From: Alphaproteobacteria bacterium
Lineage (GTDB): Bacteria; Pseudomonadota; Alphaproteobacteria; Rs-D84
Assembly: GCA_017451625.1 (NCBI GenBank)
Contig: JAFTNY010000001.1
Coordinates: 1 to 54,934, forward strand
Length of the DNA stretch: 54,934 bases
Reading direction: 5' to 3'
The position numbers were made by a program, and so were the translations under genes. Every line of letters starts with the position of its first letter. The stretch's first letter is position 1. Below are positions 9,152 to 18,991 of this stretch, piece after piece. The notes below the pieces were generated by a model. It worked only from the letters and a program-made list of their open reading frames with translations, searched no databases and was not told the origin of the DNA.

Positions 9152-10369
9152 TTAGTTTATTGTCGATATTGTTGTTTGTATTGTGTCCTGCCAGCCGGTG
9201 CGCAGCAATGGCCCAAATTCGCCACGTGATGGCATTGAGGGGCGCGTCGCACGCGACAGTGTAAATGATGAAAACTGGGGCGGGGTTGTGGACGGAAATA
9301 CCCAGTTGCCAATCTTTAGCGGCGATGTTGTTGACATCAATAATTCACCAGATATTGTCAGACCAAAGTTGTCATGGAAAATCATTTCTTCGGCCGAGAC
9401 AAATGGAACAGCAACAGAACTGACTGATATGCCGGTAAAGTCGCTGATGGTGCGACTGGTGTCTGATTTTATTATCATGTCATTCGCAACATTGATTGAA
9501 TTAGTTATAGTCGCGCGATCGGTAATTATTCGGCCGGTGGTTGTATAGCCATGACCATTTACATTGTCTGCATAGATGTTTTTAAACCCAGACATATCAC
9601 CCGACACACGTACCGCCCCCAACGATACGTCGGAACCACTGATATTTGCCCCAGATGAAAAATACGCGGTGGTTGCAGTAATATCTTTGGCATCGACAAA
9701 CAAGGCGTTGCCATTTTTTATCTGGGCAGATGATGCAGCCACCCCAGAAACATTATAGACATGATGATGTGCCATATCTAAATCGCGCCCCATGACGTTT
9801 AAATTATCTTCGCCAGATGTGCCACGATGCAAATACTGGGACGTGTCTGTGCCGGCAACATCACGTGATATTCTGTAAATCAAATCGCCAGACAAGAAAT
9901 CAGGCGCCGCAACCGCCCACGTATTACCATACGCAATACCATCGTCATCCACAACCGCCGCATCACCACCAATGTGGCGCGCGATTTTGTTTGTACGCAA
10001 ATCATCATCAGGCGTTTCGAACGCCAAATATACATCTGTGATAACCGCGCCGTTTACTGCATACTTATCAACCAAGCCGGCGGACGCGTCCGGCGATATT
10101 GATGCCAATTCAGATTCATCCAGACGAATTTGTGCCGCATCGGGCCATTTGTCTTGATTCATACGGACAAAATTCAACACACTGTCGCGCGTTGACATAA
10201 TGCGACGGGCAACCGCAATATCATGCAATGTATGACTGGTGCGGGCAATTTGACTGTATACAAATGGCGTTGCCATCGCGACAATCGCCATGGCCAATAA
10301 TACTTCGACAATACTGGCACCGCGCGCAGAATTATTGAAAAAATGTTTATTTAATACAATCACTGCCAC
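9152..10369 (-). CDS. Large type IV prepilin, PilV/shufflon-N-like
   Basis: ARG/ASIVE plus hydrophobic helix; motif YLHRG...NLNVMGRDLDMAHHHVYNV. Confidence 0.7.
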   Translation of the reverse strand: MAVIVLNKHFFNNSARGASIVEVLLAMAIVAMATPFVYSQIARTSHTLHDIAVARRIMSTRDSVLNFVRMNQDKWPDAAQIRLDESELASISPDASAGLVDKYAVNGAVITDVYLAFETPDDDLRTNKIARHIGGDAAVVDDDGIAYGNTWAVAAPDFLSGDLIYRISRDVAGTDTSQYLHRGTSGEDNLNVMGRDLDMAHHHVYNVSGVAASSAQIKNGNALFVDAKDITATTAYFSSGANISGSDVSLGAVRVSGDMSGFKNIYADNVNGHGYTTTGRIITDRATITNSINVANDMIIKSDTSRTISDFTGISVSSVAVPFVSAEEMIFHDNFGLTISGELLMSTTSPLKIGNWVFPSTTPPQFSSFTLSRATRPSMPSRGEFGPLLRTGWQDTIQTTISTIN

Positions 10370-11705
10370 CTGCCATTAAACACTGTTTGATGTCAATTCT
10401 TTGTTCCAGACGCTGCCAGAAAACATATTGGCAAATCAAGTACTGGGCCAACGACGACTTGTTATACACACCTTCGTATTCTGTGATTATTGTTTTGCAA
10501 TCAACAGTATCACCATCGTCGGCGGACGGCGTGTCGATAATCGCAAACGTATCATTGTTTATTGATGACAATAAAACATCTGGCAACAACGTTGTGCCTG
10601 CGGGCCGAACATCCAATATAACCGCACCAGATGCGCCATTGGACAGTGCATTGGATGTCTGATCACGAACGGTGATGTTGGATGTGTACAGGGTTCCCAC
10701 CTCTATCCCCGATTTGGTATTATACGTCAAAGTATCCGCATCAATAAACACGTCTTGGCCACGTGTTGTGTTTAGATAAGACGATATATCCAGACGCTCA
10801 ACACTGAAATTGATGTAATTAGACACAACATTGCCGCGAATATTCCACGCAGACGGACCCGTAAAAGCCGTACGACCGGCCGTCATAGACAAATCATACA
10901 CAGACGCATCTGCAACATACAAATTACCTGTATCACCGAACATCGATATTGTTTTTGTACTGACACTGTTGGCGTAAAGTGTACCCTTGCTTAATGTCAA
11001 TGCGGATTCACCGGTCTTGCTTTGAAATACCGCCTTGTCGGCAATGACCTGCTGTATCTTATTGCGCTGTTTTTTTCCACCTTCGATACCTGATATGGTC
11101 AGGGTGTCAAACTGGGCGGTGTCAAATGTGCCAGATACAGTAAATACATTTACTGCGTTATTAAAAACAAAACCACCCATATCCAAGTCAGCCAAAAAGC
11201 CACTGTTGTCCAAATTGGGTTCATTGCGACGCACAACATCAGAATAAATGTCAGACAATTCAATACCAACCTGAATCGCATCTGCAGTTGGGGCCGCATA
11301 AAAACCAACACGACGCGCCAATTCTGCACGCGACAATGTATTTAAATCACCACCCGTCAATTCAAGATATGCAGACACAGAAACAGGTGTCTTGTGAATA
11401 ATCAGCGCAATATCCTGTCCCAGTGCGGTGCGCGGAACAAACCCCAGTGGTAATCCGTAGGGTTCTAAAATATCTGCAAATTCATTACCGGCAATTACCG
11501 TCGTATCATATGGAATACTGGTTGCGTTTTCGCGAATAAAAATACGCGCGGCTGTTTGTGCAGTATCAATCTGGCGCGTGGTGGTAAACATACGTGTGTC
11601 TGCGGTACGGGCCGCCATCTGGCGCGCCAAAAATGGAATAAACGCAAAAATCAGCCCCAACGCCAGCAGGGCCTGTAGTAGAAAATTTCCGCGTTCTTGA
11701 TGCAA
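10347..11705 (-). CDS. Large type IV prepilin, PilV-like, lacking Glu5 (TTG start)
   Basis: ERG/NFLLQ plus hydrophobic helix; motif VVRRNEP...FLADLDMGGFVFNNA. SD AGGAGG at 11715-11720. Confidence 0.65.
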   Translation of the reverse strand: MHQERGNFLLQALLALGLIFAFIPFLARQMAARTADTRMFTTTRQIDTAQTAARIFIRENATSIPYDTTVIAGNEFADILEPYGLPLGFVPRTALGQDIALIIHKTPVSVSAYLELTGGDLNTLSRAELARRVGFYAAPTADAIQVGIELSDIYSDVVRRNEPNLDNSGFLADLDMGGFVFNNAVNVFTVSGTFDTAQFDTLTISGIEGGKKQRNKIQQVIADKAVFQSKTGESALTLSKGTLYANSVSTKTISMFGDTGNLYVADASVYDLSMTAGRTAFTGPSAWNIRGNVVSNYINFSVERLDISSYLNTTRGQDVFIDADTLTYNTKSGIEVGTLYTSNITVRDQTSNALSNGASGAVILDVRPAGTTLLPDVLLSSINNDTFAIIDTPSADDGDTVDCKTIITEYEGVYNKSSLAQYLICQYVFWQRLEQRIDIKQCLMAGGSDCIK

Positions 11706-11729
11706 GGAATGCCCCCTCCTACGCAGGAC

Positions 11730-11758
11730 AGCATAGCAATAGAAAAAAAATATTGCAA
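11730..11758 (-). promoter_or_regulatory. sigma70-type promoter of the prepilin cluster
   Basis: TTGCAA (11753-11758), 17 nt, TATGCT (11730-11735), followed by the SD. Confidence 0.6.
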
Positions 11759-11875
11759 TCAGTTTTAAGTTGTTTTAATATCGTGTGTGTTGAGTTTAAT
11801 AGCGACAAGGAGAACAAATAAAAGAAAAACAAGGTCGCTGTTAAGTAGGTTTATTTCCTGTTAAAAAGAAAAGAT

Positions 11876-12190
11876 ATGCAAAATAGAAAAAATCAATCCA
11901 ATGTCGGACAGATGATTCAACGGTGCCATAAATGGCGGCAGAAAAGAAAACAATATATCGACCAAGCACGTCAGACGGCCGACGAAATTGAACGCGAACG
12001 CCTGTTGCAGGCGGCAGAACACTATGGCCGTATGGTAAACACTGAACAGGGCAAGATTGATTCAACGCGCGATCCAAAAGAAAAAGCCGCCGCAGAAAAA
12101 GCAGCTGCCGAACAGGCCGCCGCAGAATCACAGGAATCTGGCGAAGACGAAGATACAGGTTTTCCAGATTTTATTACCAATCTGAAATAA
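11876..12190 (+). CDS. DUF4167-like protein
   Basis: QYIDQARQ...ERERLLQAAEHYGRMV resembles the alphaproteobacterial DUF4167 core; acidic low-complexity tail; terminator at about 12199-12220. Confidence 0.6.
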   Translation: MQNRKNQSNVGQMIQRCHKWRQKRKQYIDQARQTADEIERERLLQAAEHYGRMVNTEQGKIDSTRDPKEKAAAEKAAAEQAAAESQESGEDEDTGFPDFITNLK

Positions 12191-12277
12191 TTACTTTTTC
12201 GCGCCAAATGGCGCGTTTTTATTTGTTGAAATTCGGTCTTGTTTTGCTATGCTGGGGCAAAAGGAAGTTTTTTATCG

Positions 12278-13858
12278 ATGGAAAATAATAATTATACTGT
12301 TTTAGCGCGAAAATATCGCAGCCAAGATTTCAAATCACTTATCGGGCAAGACGTTCTGGTCAAGACACTGACAACGGCGATTAATACGTCGCGAATTGCA
12401 CACGCGTATATCTTTACAGGTATTCGCGGGACCGGTAAAACCAGTACGGCACGTATTTTGGCCAAGGCATTAAACTGTCTGTCCAGTGATCGCGCAACAC
12501 CAAATCCATGCGGAACGTGCGAAAACTGTCGTGCGATTGCCGCCGGTCAGCATATTGACGTTATGGAAATTGACGCGGCATCACATACAGGCGTTGACAA
12601 TATGCGCGACATTCTGGACGCGGCACAGTACAGACCAACAAACGGACGGTACAAGGTTTATATCATCGACGAAGTTCATATGCTGTCTGTATCGGCGTTT
12701 AACGCATTGTTAAAGACACTGGAAGAACCACCTGCACATGTTATCTTTATTCTGGCAACAACCGAAATTCGCAAGGTGCCGGTTACAATTTTATCACGCT
12801 GTCAACGATTTGATCTGGTGCGCGTGCCGGTCGAAACGCTGAAAAAACATTTTGCATGGATTGCAGAGCAGGAAAAAATCGAACTGACGGACGAGGCAAA
12901 CGACCTGTTAGCACGCGCGGCCGACGGATCGGTGCGTGATGGTTTATCGTTGTTGGACCAAGCAATCGCACAGACCGGCGGACACGTTGATGCGACGGCG
13001 GTTTTGGATATGCTGAAACGTGCAGACCGCGGTGTGGTGGTTGACCTGATGAAAACATTGTTGTCGGGCAATACGGCGGCAGCACTGGCCAAGGTTGACG
13101 AAATCTATAACAACGGGGCGGATTTGGCGATGCTGTTGACCGATATGATGGAATGGACACACTGGGCAACGCGTATGCATCCGGCATTGCATGCGGGGGA
13201 TGTATTAAATTCGCCATACACCGTTGATCAACGCGAACAGATGCAAGATTTGAACAATCGTGTGTCGCTGAATACACTGTCGCGCATTTGGCAGGTAATG
13301 GTGGCGGCGGTGCCAGAGATGCAGGCGGCCGGAAATCAAAAACAATGTTTTGATATGCTGATTATTCGTATGATGCATATTGCAGATATGCCGTCGGTAC
13401 CAGAACTGTTAAAACAACAAGAATCTGCAAATCGTATGCGTGATGTAAAAAATATTTTGGCAGACCGTATGGCCCAGCCGACAGGCGACAGCAACAACAC
13501 CGCCGCAACAGATAAACCACAGGCCAAGAAAATAACATCGGCAATTGAATTAGCCAGCGCACTGCAAGAATCCAAGGAAATATTATTATATTCTTATTAC
13601 AGCAGTAATATCGAAGTGGCAGAATTTGCAGACGGCAGAATCAAGTACTTTGACCGCAAGGGCGATGGGGATTTTGCACATAAATTGGCATCGTGGCTGA
13701 TGGACAAGACGGGACATACGTGGGCATTGGAACGCGTGATGGAAACATTGAACGTCCATACGATGAGTGAACAAAAACAAGAAGAAGTAGAAGCAGACCC
13801 ATTGGTCGCCAGCGCGATGAGTTTGTTTGAAAACGCAGAAATAGTTGGGGTGAAATAG
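12278..13858 (+). CDS. dnaX: DNA polymerase III subunit gamma/tau
   Basis: LARKYR, GIRGTGKT, CGTCENC, EIDAAS, DEVHML, LKTLEEPP and SRCQRF. ATG 12278 is preceded by TTGAAA-16-TATGCT. Confidence 0.97.
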   Translation: MENNNYTVLARKYRSQDFKSLIGQDVLVKTLTTAINTSRIAHAYIFTGIRGTGKTSTARILAKALNCLSSDRATPNPCGTCENCRAIAAGQHIDVMEIDAASHTGVDNMRDILDAAQYRPTNGRYKVYIIDEVHMLSVSAFNALLKTLEEPPAHVIFILATTEIRKVPVTILSRCQRFDLVRVPVETLKKHFAWIAEQEKIELTDEANDLLARAADGSVRDGLSLLDQAIAQTGGHVDATAVLDMLKRADRGVVVDLMKTLLSGNTAAALAKVDEIYNNGADLAMLLTDMMEWTHWATRMHPALHAGDVLNSPYTVDQREQMQDLNNRVSLNTLSRIWQVMVAAVPEMQAAGNQKQCFDMLIIRMMHIADMPSVPELLKQQESANRMRDVKNILADRMAQPTGDSNNTAATDKPQAKKITSAIELASALQESKEILLYSYYSSNIEVAEFADGRIKYFDRKGDGDFAHKLASWLMDKTGHTWALERVMETLNVHTMSEQKQEEVEADPLVASAMSLFENAEIVGVK

Positions 13859-13859
13859 G

Positions 13860-14318
13860 ATGAGAACAGAATCTGGACGGTCTTTGATAGAAGTTATTGG
13901 GGTTATGGCAATCGCAGGTATTATGACGGTGTCTGCGGTTGGGGTGTACAATATGATACGCGCAAATCAGACGCGCACTATTGCAGACGCAGAACTGGAA
14001 CAAATCGCACAGGACACAAAACTGTTGATGGAAATGCGTGGCACGTACGAAGGTGTGTCGGTCGACTATCTGATAAAAGCGGGTGCATTAGAATCAGATG
14101 CCGCACCGATGGGGGGCGATGAATGGTCAGTGGTCGCCAGCGCAGACGGACAATCGTTTTCAATTAACTTGGTCGATTTGACGGCAGGCGAATGTGATTT
14201 CTTTGCAACCGCCAAACCAAAGTGGGCCAGCGCGATTTTAGTCAATGGGTTCGAGGCAGGAATAACAGAAAACTGTTTTGAATCTGATACAAATCAAGTT
14301 TCTTTTATAATCGAATAA
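13860..14318 (+). CDS. Type IV pilin
   Basis: MRTESG/RSLIEVIGVMAIAGIM prepilin motif with Glu5; 152 aa with a C-terminal Cys pair. Confidence 0.85.
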   Translation: MRTESGRSLIEVIGVMAIAGIMTVSAVGVYNMIRANQTRTIADAELEQIAQDTKLLMEMRGTYEGVSVDYLIKAGALESDAAPMGGDEWSVVASADGQSFSINLVDLTAGECDFFATAKPKWASAILVNGFEAGITENCFESDTNQVSFIIE

Positions 14319-15002
14319 ATGCATTGGACACGAAATATTTCTTTGGCATTATTGGTGTGCGCGATGGGCGCATGTATGCCGTACACCAGTCCAAATCGTG
14401 CCACATGGGCAAAGTACCTGAACGGGGCCAGTTTCACAGATATGACCGAAATGTCGCGCGTTGCAAAGCGGCCGGTTTATCTGGGTGCGGGGGGCCGATT
14501 GGTTAATGATGCGGTCAAATCGTCCGACGCAATGGATTATGGGGACAGGGCAACAAACGATAATGCGATTGCAACACAGTATATGATGACACTGGAATAT
14601 GCGCTGTATGATGCGTTGCGCAAACCTGGGATTTCAGTTCAACGTGCAGGCACAGATGTGGTGGTTATTCTGGTTCGTGATGCGATTATGGAACTGAATG
14701 TCGCCGACATATCAGATACAGGCGATGACACGCTGAAAACGATTGCCAAGATATTAAAGAAATACGACGCGACATTTGTGGAAATTGCAGGTTATACCGA
14801 TGCAATGCGTGATATGGGGGCGGCACGCGCGTTGTCGTTGGATATGGCGCAGCGGGTTGGTGTACACATGTCCCAACATGGAATAAATACGGCACGTATG
14901 TTTATTGTTGGACGGGGTTCGGCACGACCAATCGCCGCCCAAGATGATGTTGGACGACTGACCAATCGGCGCGTAGAACTGCGCATTACACCGGCGCGAT
15001 AG
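14319..15002 (+). CDS. OmpA-family lipoprotein (divergent YiaD-like)
   Basis: Lipobox MGAC; OmpA_C-like motifs IAGYTD and NRRVEL. Confidence 0.8.
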   Translation: MHWTRNISLALLVCAMGACMPYTSPNRATWAKYLNGASFTDMTEMSRVAKRPVYLGAGGRLVNDAVKSSDAMDYGDRATNDNAIATQYMMTLEYALYDALRKPGISVQRAGTDVVVILVRDAIMELNVADISDTGDDTLKTIAKILKKYDATFVEIAGYTDAMRDMGAARALSLDMAQRVGVHMSQHGINTARMFIVGRGSARPIAAQDDVGRLTNRRVELRITPAR

Positions 15003-15074
15003 CGCAATCTGCGAATTCCGGCGGTGGGTTATTGTGCCTTGAAAAGCGCAAAGTTATATTTTATACTGCAGGGT

Positions 15075-16133
15075 ATGAAGATTTTAAACCGATATTTTTC
15101 ACGACAGTTGGCGGCAATTTTTGTGATGCTGTTGCTGGTGCTGACGGGACTGGCATGGATGATGCAGATTATGTCCATGATGAAGTTCTTGTTAAAGTAC
15201 GGCATTGATGTGGCCAGTTTTTTAGGACTGACCGCGCTGATGATTCCTTTTATCGCGTCGATTATTGTGCCATTTGTTTGCTTTATCGCGGTGATTTTCG
15301 TTTATAACAAACTGATTTCGGATAATGAAATTACTGTTATGGCGGCATCTGGTTTATCGCCCAGACAGATTGCACGCCCTGCCCTGCGGATGGGTGTGGT
15401 ATTGACCGTATTGAATTTGATTTTAAATATCTGGATTGTGCCGCAGACACAGTCGCTGTTTTATGATACACAGTGGAATTTACAATACGGTATGGCACAT
15501 ATGAAATTGCAAGAAAGTGCGTTTACAGAAATTTCTGATGGACTGGTCGTATATGTGGACAAGGTTTCTGGACACGATTTAAGTCAGGTTATGTTGTCTG
15601 ATATGCGCGATGAAAACGCCCCCAGTATGATTTTCGCAGAAAAAGGTAAATTGGTGTCGACGGTGCGTGGATTGTCGCTGGTGATGACAAACGGGTCTTT
15701 GCAGGCAACAGGACAAAGCACGATAACAGGCACGTTCGAAACATTTGATATGGATTTGAATGTCGTGGACAAAGAAGGAAATAATTCTTTCCGCGTACGA
15801 CGGATTCCAACGTCGGAACTGATGCGGATTGCGTTTGATGCAGAAACAAAAAAACAGCACAAGATGATTTTGGCGGAATTGTGCAACCGGTTCTTTAGCC
15901 CGATTATGAATCTGATTTTGGCGGCATTGTGTGCGACGATTTTATTGCGGTCTTCGTTGTTGCGTCGGCGCGCCAGTTTTGCACCAATTATGGCCGTTGG
16001 CGCGATGGCAGGCGTGATGGCGTTGTATATGTCAACATCTAATATGATCAGCAGTTTAACCCAGTTTGCAATGCTGGGGGGTGGATTGATGGTTGTGCTG
16101 GGCGTGATATTTGTGGTATTGGCAAGAAAATGA
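15075..16133 (+). CDS. LptF/LptG family LPS export permease
   Basis: MKILNRYF, DNEITVMAASGLS, 3+3 TM helices around a periplasmic beta domain; directly upstream of lptD. Confidence 0.9.
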   Translation: MKILNRYFSRQLAAIFVMLLLVLTGLAWMMQIMSMMKFLLKYGIDVASFLGLTALMIPFIASIIVPFVCFIAVIFVYNKLISDNEITVMAASGLSPRQIARPALRMGVVLTVLNLILNIWIVPQTQSLFYDTQWNLQYGMAHMKLQESAFTEISDGLVVYVDKVSGHDLSQVMLSDMRDENAPSMIFAEKGKLVSTVRGLSLVMTNGSLQATGQSTITGTFETFDMDLNVVDKEGNNSFRVRRIPTSELMRIAFDAETKKQHKMILAELCNRFFSPIMNLILAALCATILLRSSLLRRRASFAPIMAVGAMAGVMALYMSTSNMISSLTQFAMLGGGLMVVLGVIFVVLARK

Positions 16134-18145
16134 GAAAGTGGTTTGTATTTTTTACATCAGCAATGGCGACTGTGAACGCAGGCGCGATGTCTGTTAATAT
16201 GAACGAACCGCGAACAATTACCGCCGACAAAATCGAATATGATGTTAAGCAAGAAACAATTAAAACATCTGGGAATACAGAAATCGTTAATGCATCGGGA
16301 CAACGGTTGACGCTGACTGATTCTTATATCTCGCAACAGGGCGAAGAATTATCAGGCGATGATATTAAGTTGTGGTTGGGTAATCACGTCTATGTTGAAT
16401 CGGACAATATTACCAGAAAGGGTGATTTGACAATCGCACGACGTGCAACATTTACAGCATGTGATGATTGCGATGCGTATGGGGATGCGTGGGAAATTTC
16501 AACATACAAGATTATCCACGATATGGAATCACGTATGTTAAAGTTTTACAGTCCGGTTTTGCGCACTTATGACATTCCGGTGCTGTGGTGGCCATACTTT
16601 GAAATGCCAGACCCTGGGGTTAAGTATAAGACAGGGTTCTTGATGCCGGACTTTGAATCAACGAACAAGATGGGAACACAGATAAATTTGCCGTTGTATA
16701 TATCGCTGTCTGAAACACACGATATGACGTTTACGTTTTCATATCTGACCCAAGAAAACCCACTGTTTCAATTAGAACATCGGTTGAACGGCGACCATTC
16801 TGAATACAGAACGCGGGGGTCGTTTACACATAATCGCGAAGGCGAAAATCGTTGGCACATCTTTAACGACGATGTTATCGAACTGGGCGAATATGCGCGG
16901 GCGACGGTGTTCTTGGAACGCGCGTCTGATAAAACATATTTGCAGAAATATGGATTCTATGATGACCAGCCGTATTTGGATTCAGGGGCAAAATTAGAAC
17001 TGTTTGAGCAAAGCAGTTATGTCGTGGCGGACGCACATATATTCCAAGAACTGCGCGACAGTACGGGACGTTGGTCTGCACCAGACGGTAATATTTTGCC
17101 AAACATTCGTGCAGTGCATCAGACCGCGCCACTGTTCGGGGAAACATATGCGACGTTTAATGCAGACGTGTTGGGAATTTCAGGGGACGGAACATCGGCC
17201 CAGCGTATGATTGGGGATGCGCGGTTGACAACACCTTGGACGTTGTGGGGGGGCAATCGCCTGACCGCCAGTGTGTCAGCACGATATGATTTGTACAACT
17301 TTGACAATACAGAAATGGTTGATGGATCTGTATATTCTGGTTTGAAAAACCGTTTCTTGCCCAGTGGGTATTTGGAATGGGGGCTGCCTTTGTTCAAACC
17401 AACAGAAAAGTGGACACAGATTATTGAACCAAGGGCACGTATTACAGTTATGCAACGGTTGGACGCAGAAGAATTTGCGTTAAATAATGATTCTGCGGGG
17501 ACGATTTTAACAGATTCCACACTGTTTTCTAATAATCGGTTTTCGGGGCTGGATTTATGGGAAAATGGAACATATGCAGACTATGGCGTGCGGTGGGCCG
17601 CGTTTAACGAAGACGGTCAGACAATCGAAGTGTTCTTGGGGCAGTCGTATGACTTTACAGACAGACCGGCAATCGATTTGCAAAACAGCGGATTTCACAA
17701 TGGATTTTCAGACTATGTAGGGCGCATCAGTTATAACAATATGCGGTGGTTGAATGTGGCATCGCGTTTCAGATTAAATCAGGAAAATCTGTCGTTGCGA
17801 CATATGGAAACATCGGCAAATATTGGAACGGCGCGGAACTTTTTCAACATCGGCCATATTTGGTCGCAGCATTTAAGTGCCGACATGATAGAAAACACAG
17901 ATATTAACGAAGCGATTGTCGGCGCGGGGTTTCAGTTGACAGACCGCTGGTCGGTACGGTGGAACGCAATATACAATATGGAACTGGGCGCATTCCAGCG
18001 TCATACAGGTGGTTTCTTTTATAATCATCCATGCTATTATCTGTCGGTGGAATATCGACGCGATAATGCGATAAAAGAAGACTATGTTGGGACAACCACG
18101 TTCCAGTTCAGATTTGGTATGGCAATCAATGGCCAACAGTATTAA
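16130..18145 (+). CDS. lptD: LPS-assembly protein LptD
   Basis: OstA-like N-domain, FTACDDC, TGFLMPD, NRFSGLD, and a C-terminal barrel with CYYLSVEY. Confidence 0.92.
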   Translation: MRKWFVFFTSAMATVNAGAMSVNMNEPRTITADKIEYDVKQETIKTSGNTEIVNASGQRLTLTDSYISQQGEELSGDDIKLWLGNHVYVESDNITRKGDLTIARRATFTACDDCDAYGDAWEISTYKIIHDMESRMLKFYSPVLRTYDIPVLWWPYFEMPDPGVKYKTGFLMPDFESTNKMGTQINLPLYISLSETHDMTFTFSYLTQENPLFQLEHRLNGDHSEYRTRGSFTHNREGENRWHIFNDDVIELGEYARATVFLERASDKTYLQKYGFYDDQPYLDSGAKLELFEQSSYVVADAHIFQELRDSTGRWSAPDGNILPNIRAVHQTAPLFGETYATFNADVLGISGDGTSAQRMIGDARLTTPWTLWGGNRLTASVSARYDLYNFDNTEMVDGSVYSGLKNRFLPSGYLEWGLPLFKPTEKWTQIIEPRARITVMQRLDAEEFALNNDSAGTILTDSTLFSNNRFSGLDLWENGTYADYGVRWAAFNEDGQTIEVFLGQSYDFTDRPAIDLQNSGFHNGFSDYVGRISYNNMRWLNVASRFRLNQENLSLRHMETSANIGTARNFFNIGHIWSQHLSADMIENTDINEAIVGAGFQLTDRWSVRWNAIYNMELGAFQRHTGGFFYNHPCYYLSVEYRRDNAIKEDYVGTTTFQFRFGMAINGQQY

Positions 18146-18160
18146 AAAAGGAAAGGAAAG

Positions 18161-18991
18161 ATGAAGCAGATTAAAACCGTTGTGGGGTTGGTTTGTGCGC
18201 TGATGTGCGGTGGGCCGGCATTGGGGGCCAGCGTTGTCGCATCTGTAAACGGAACACCAATTACAGACACAGATATAACGGCACGAACAAAACTGATGGC
18301 CAGACAGGGACAAACATCAACCGACAATCGGCGTGTGGCACTGCAAAACATAATTGATGATAATGTAAAATTGGCATATGCGGCGAACTTTAACGCGGTA
18401 CCAGATGACGAGACAGTGGAAAAAGAACTGAAGAAAATGAATCTGGGCGATATGACTGCGTCTGAAAAAGAAATGGCAAAGAATGCCCTGCGGGCGGAAA
18501 TCGCATGGCAGATTATTGTTGCACGAACCGTTCTGCCGACAGTCAGCACCAGCGACGAAGATATTGCCGCAGAAAAGGCAGGTTTGGCGCGGGAACATGG
18601 TTTGCCAATCCAAATGACGATTGTCAGACTGACAGATATTCCGGCCGATGTGGCGGCAAAACTGACCAAGCCAAAGACATGTGATGCGGCGGTAAAAATG
18701 GCCGAAGATTTGGGTGGCGTGCCACAAAAATTTACGGCGATGCAATACGAACTGTCGCCGGATATTCGCGAACGCGTGGCGACGTTGCCACAGATGACGT
18801 GGTCAAAGCGCGAAGATAATTCGGTGTTGTTGGTATGCAGCACCAAAAAGACAGATGAATATAAAAATCTGGATGATATTATTAAACAAAACACACAATA
18901 TAAACAGGCAATGTTTATGGCAGACCAGCAGTTAAAACAACTGCGCCGGCGTGCCGTCATTGTCATAAACGATGACAGATACAAGTTATGA
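18161..18991 (+). CDS. surA: SurA-like periplasmic chaperone (short)
   Basis: Signal peptide, VVASVNGTPIT, QLKQLRRRAVI; lptD-surA synteny. Confidence 0.75.
   Translation: MKQIKTVVGLVCALMCGGPALGASVVASVNGTPITDTDITARTKLMARQGQTSTDNRRVALQNIIDDNVKLAYAANFNAVPDDETVEKELKKMNLGDMTASEKEMAKNALRAEIAWQIIVARTVLPTVSTSDEDIAAEKAGLAREHGLPIQMTIVRLTDIPADVAAKLTKPKTCDAAVKMAEDLGGVPQKFTAMQYELSPDIRERVATLPQMTWSKREDNSVLLVCSTKKTDEYKNLDDIIKQNTQYKQAMFMADQQLKQLRRRAVIVINDDRYKL

Noticed and set aside
7835-11705. Shufflon (invertible PilV C-termini)
   Set aside because: There is no Rci/tyrosine recombinase, no inverted partial C-terminal cassettes and no repeated sfx-like sites; all three genes are full length on one strand.
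12278-13858. Programmed -1 frameshift in dnaX
   Set aside because: No A-AAA-AAG slippery heptamer was seen, only isolated A6 runs without an obvious stimulatory structure.
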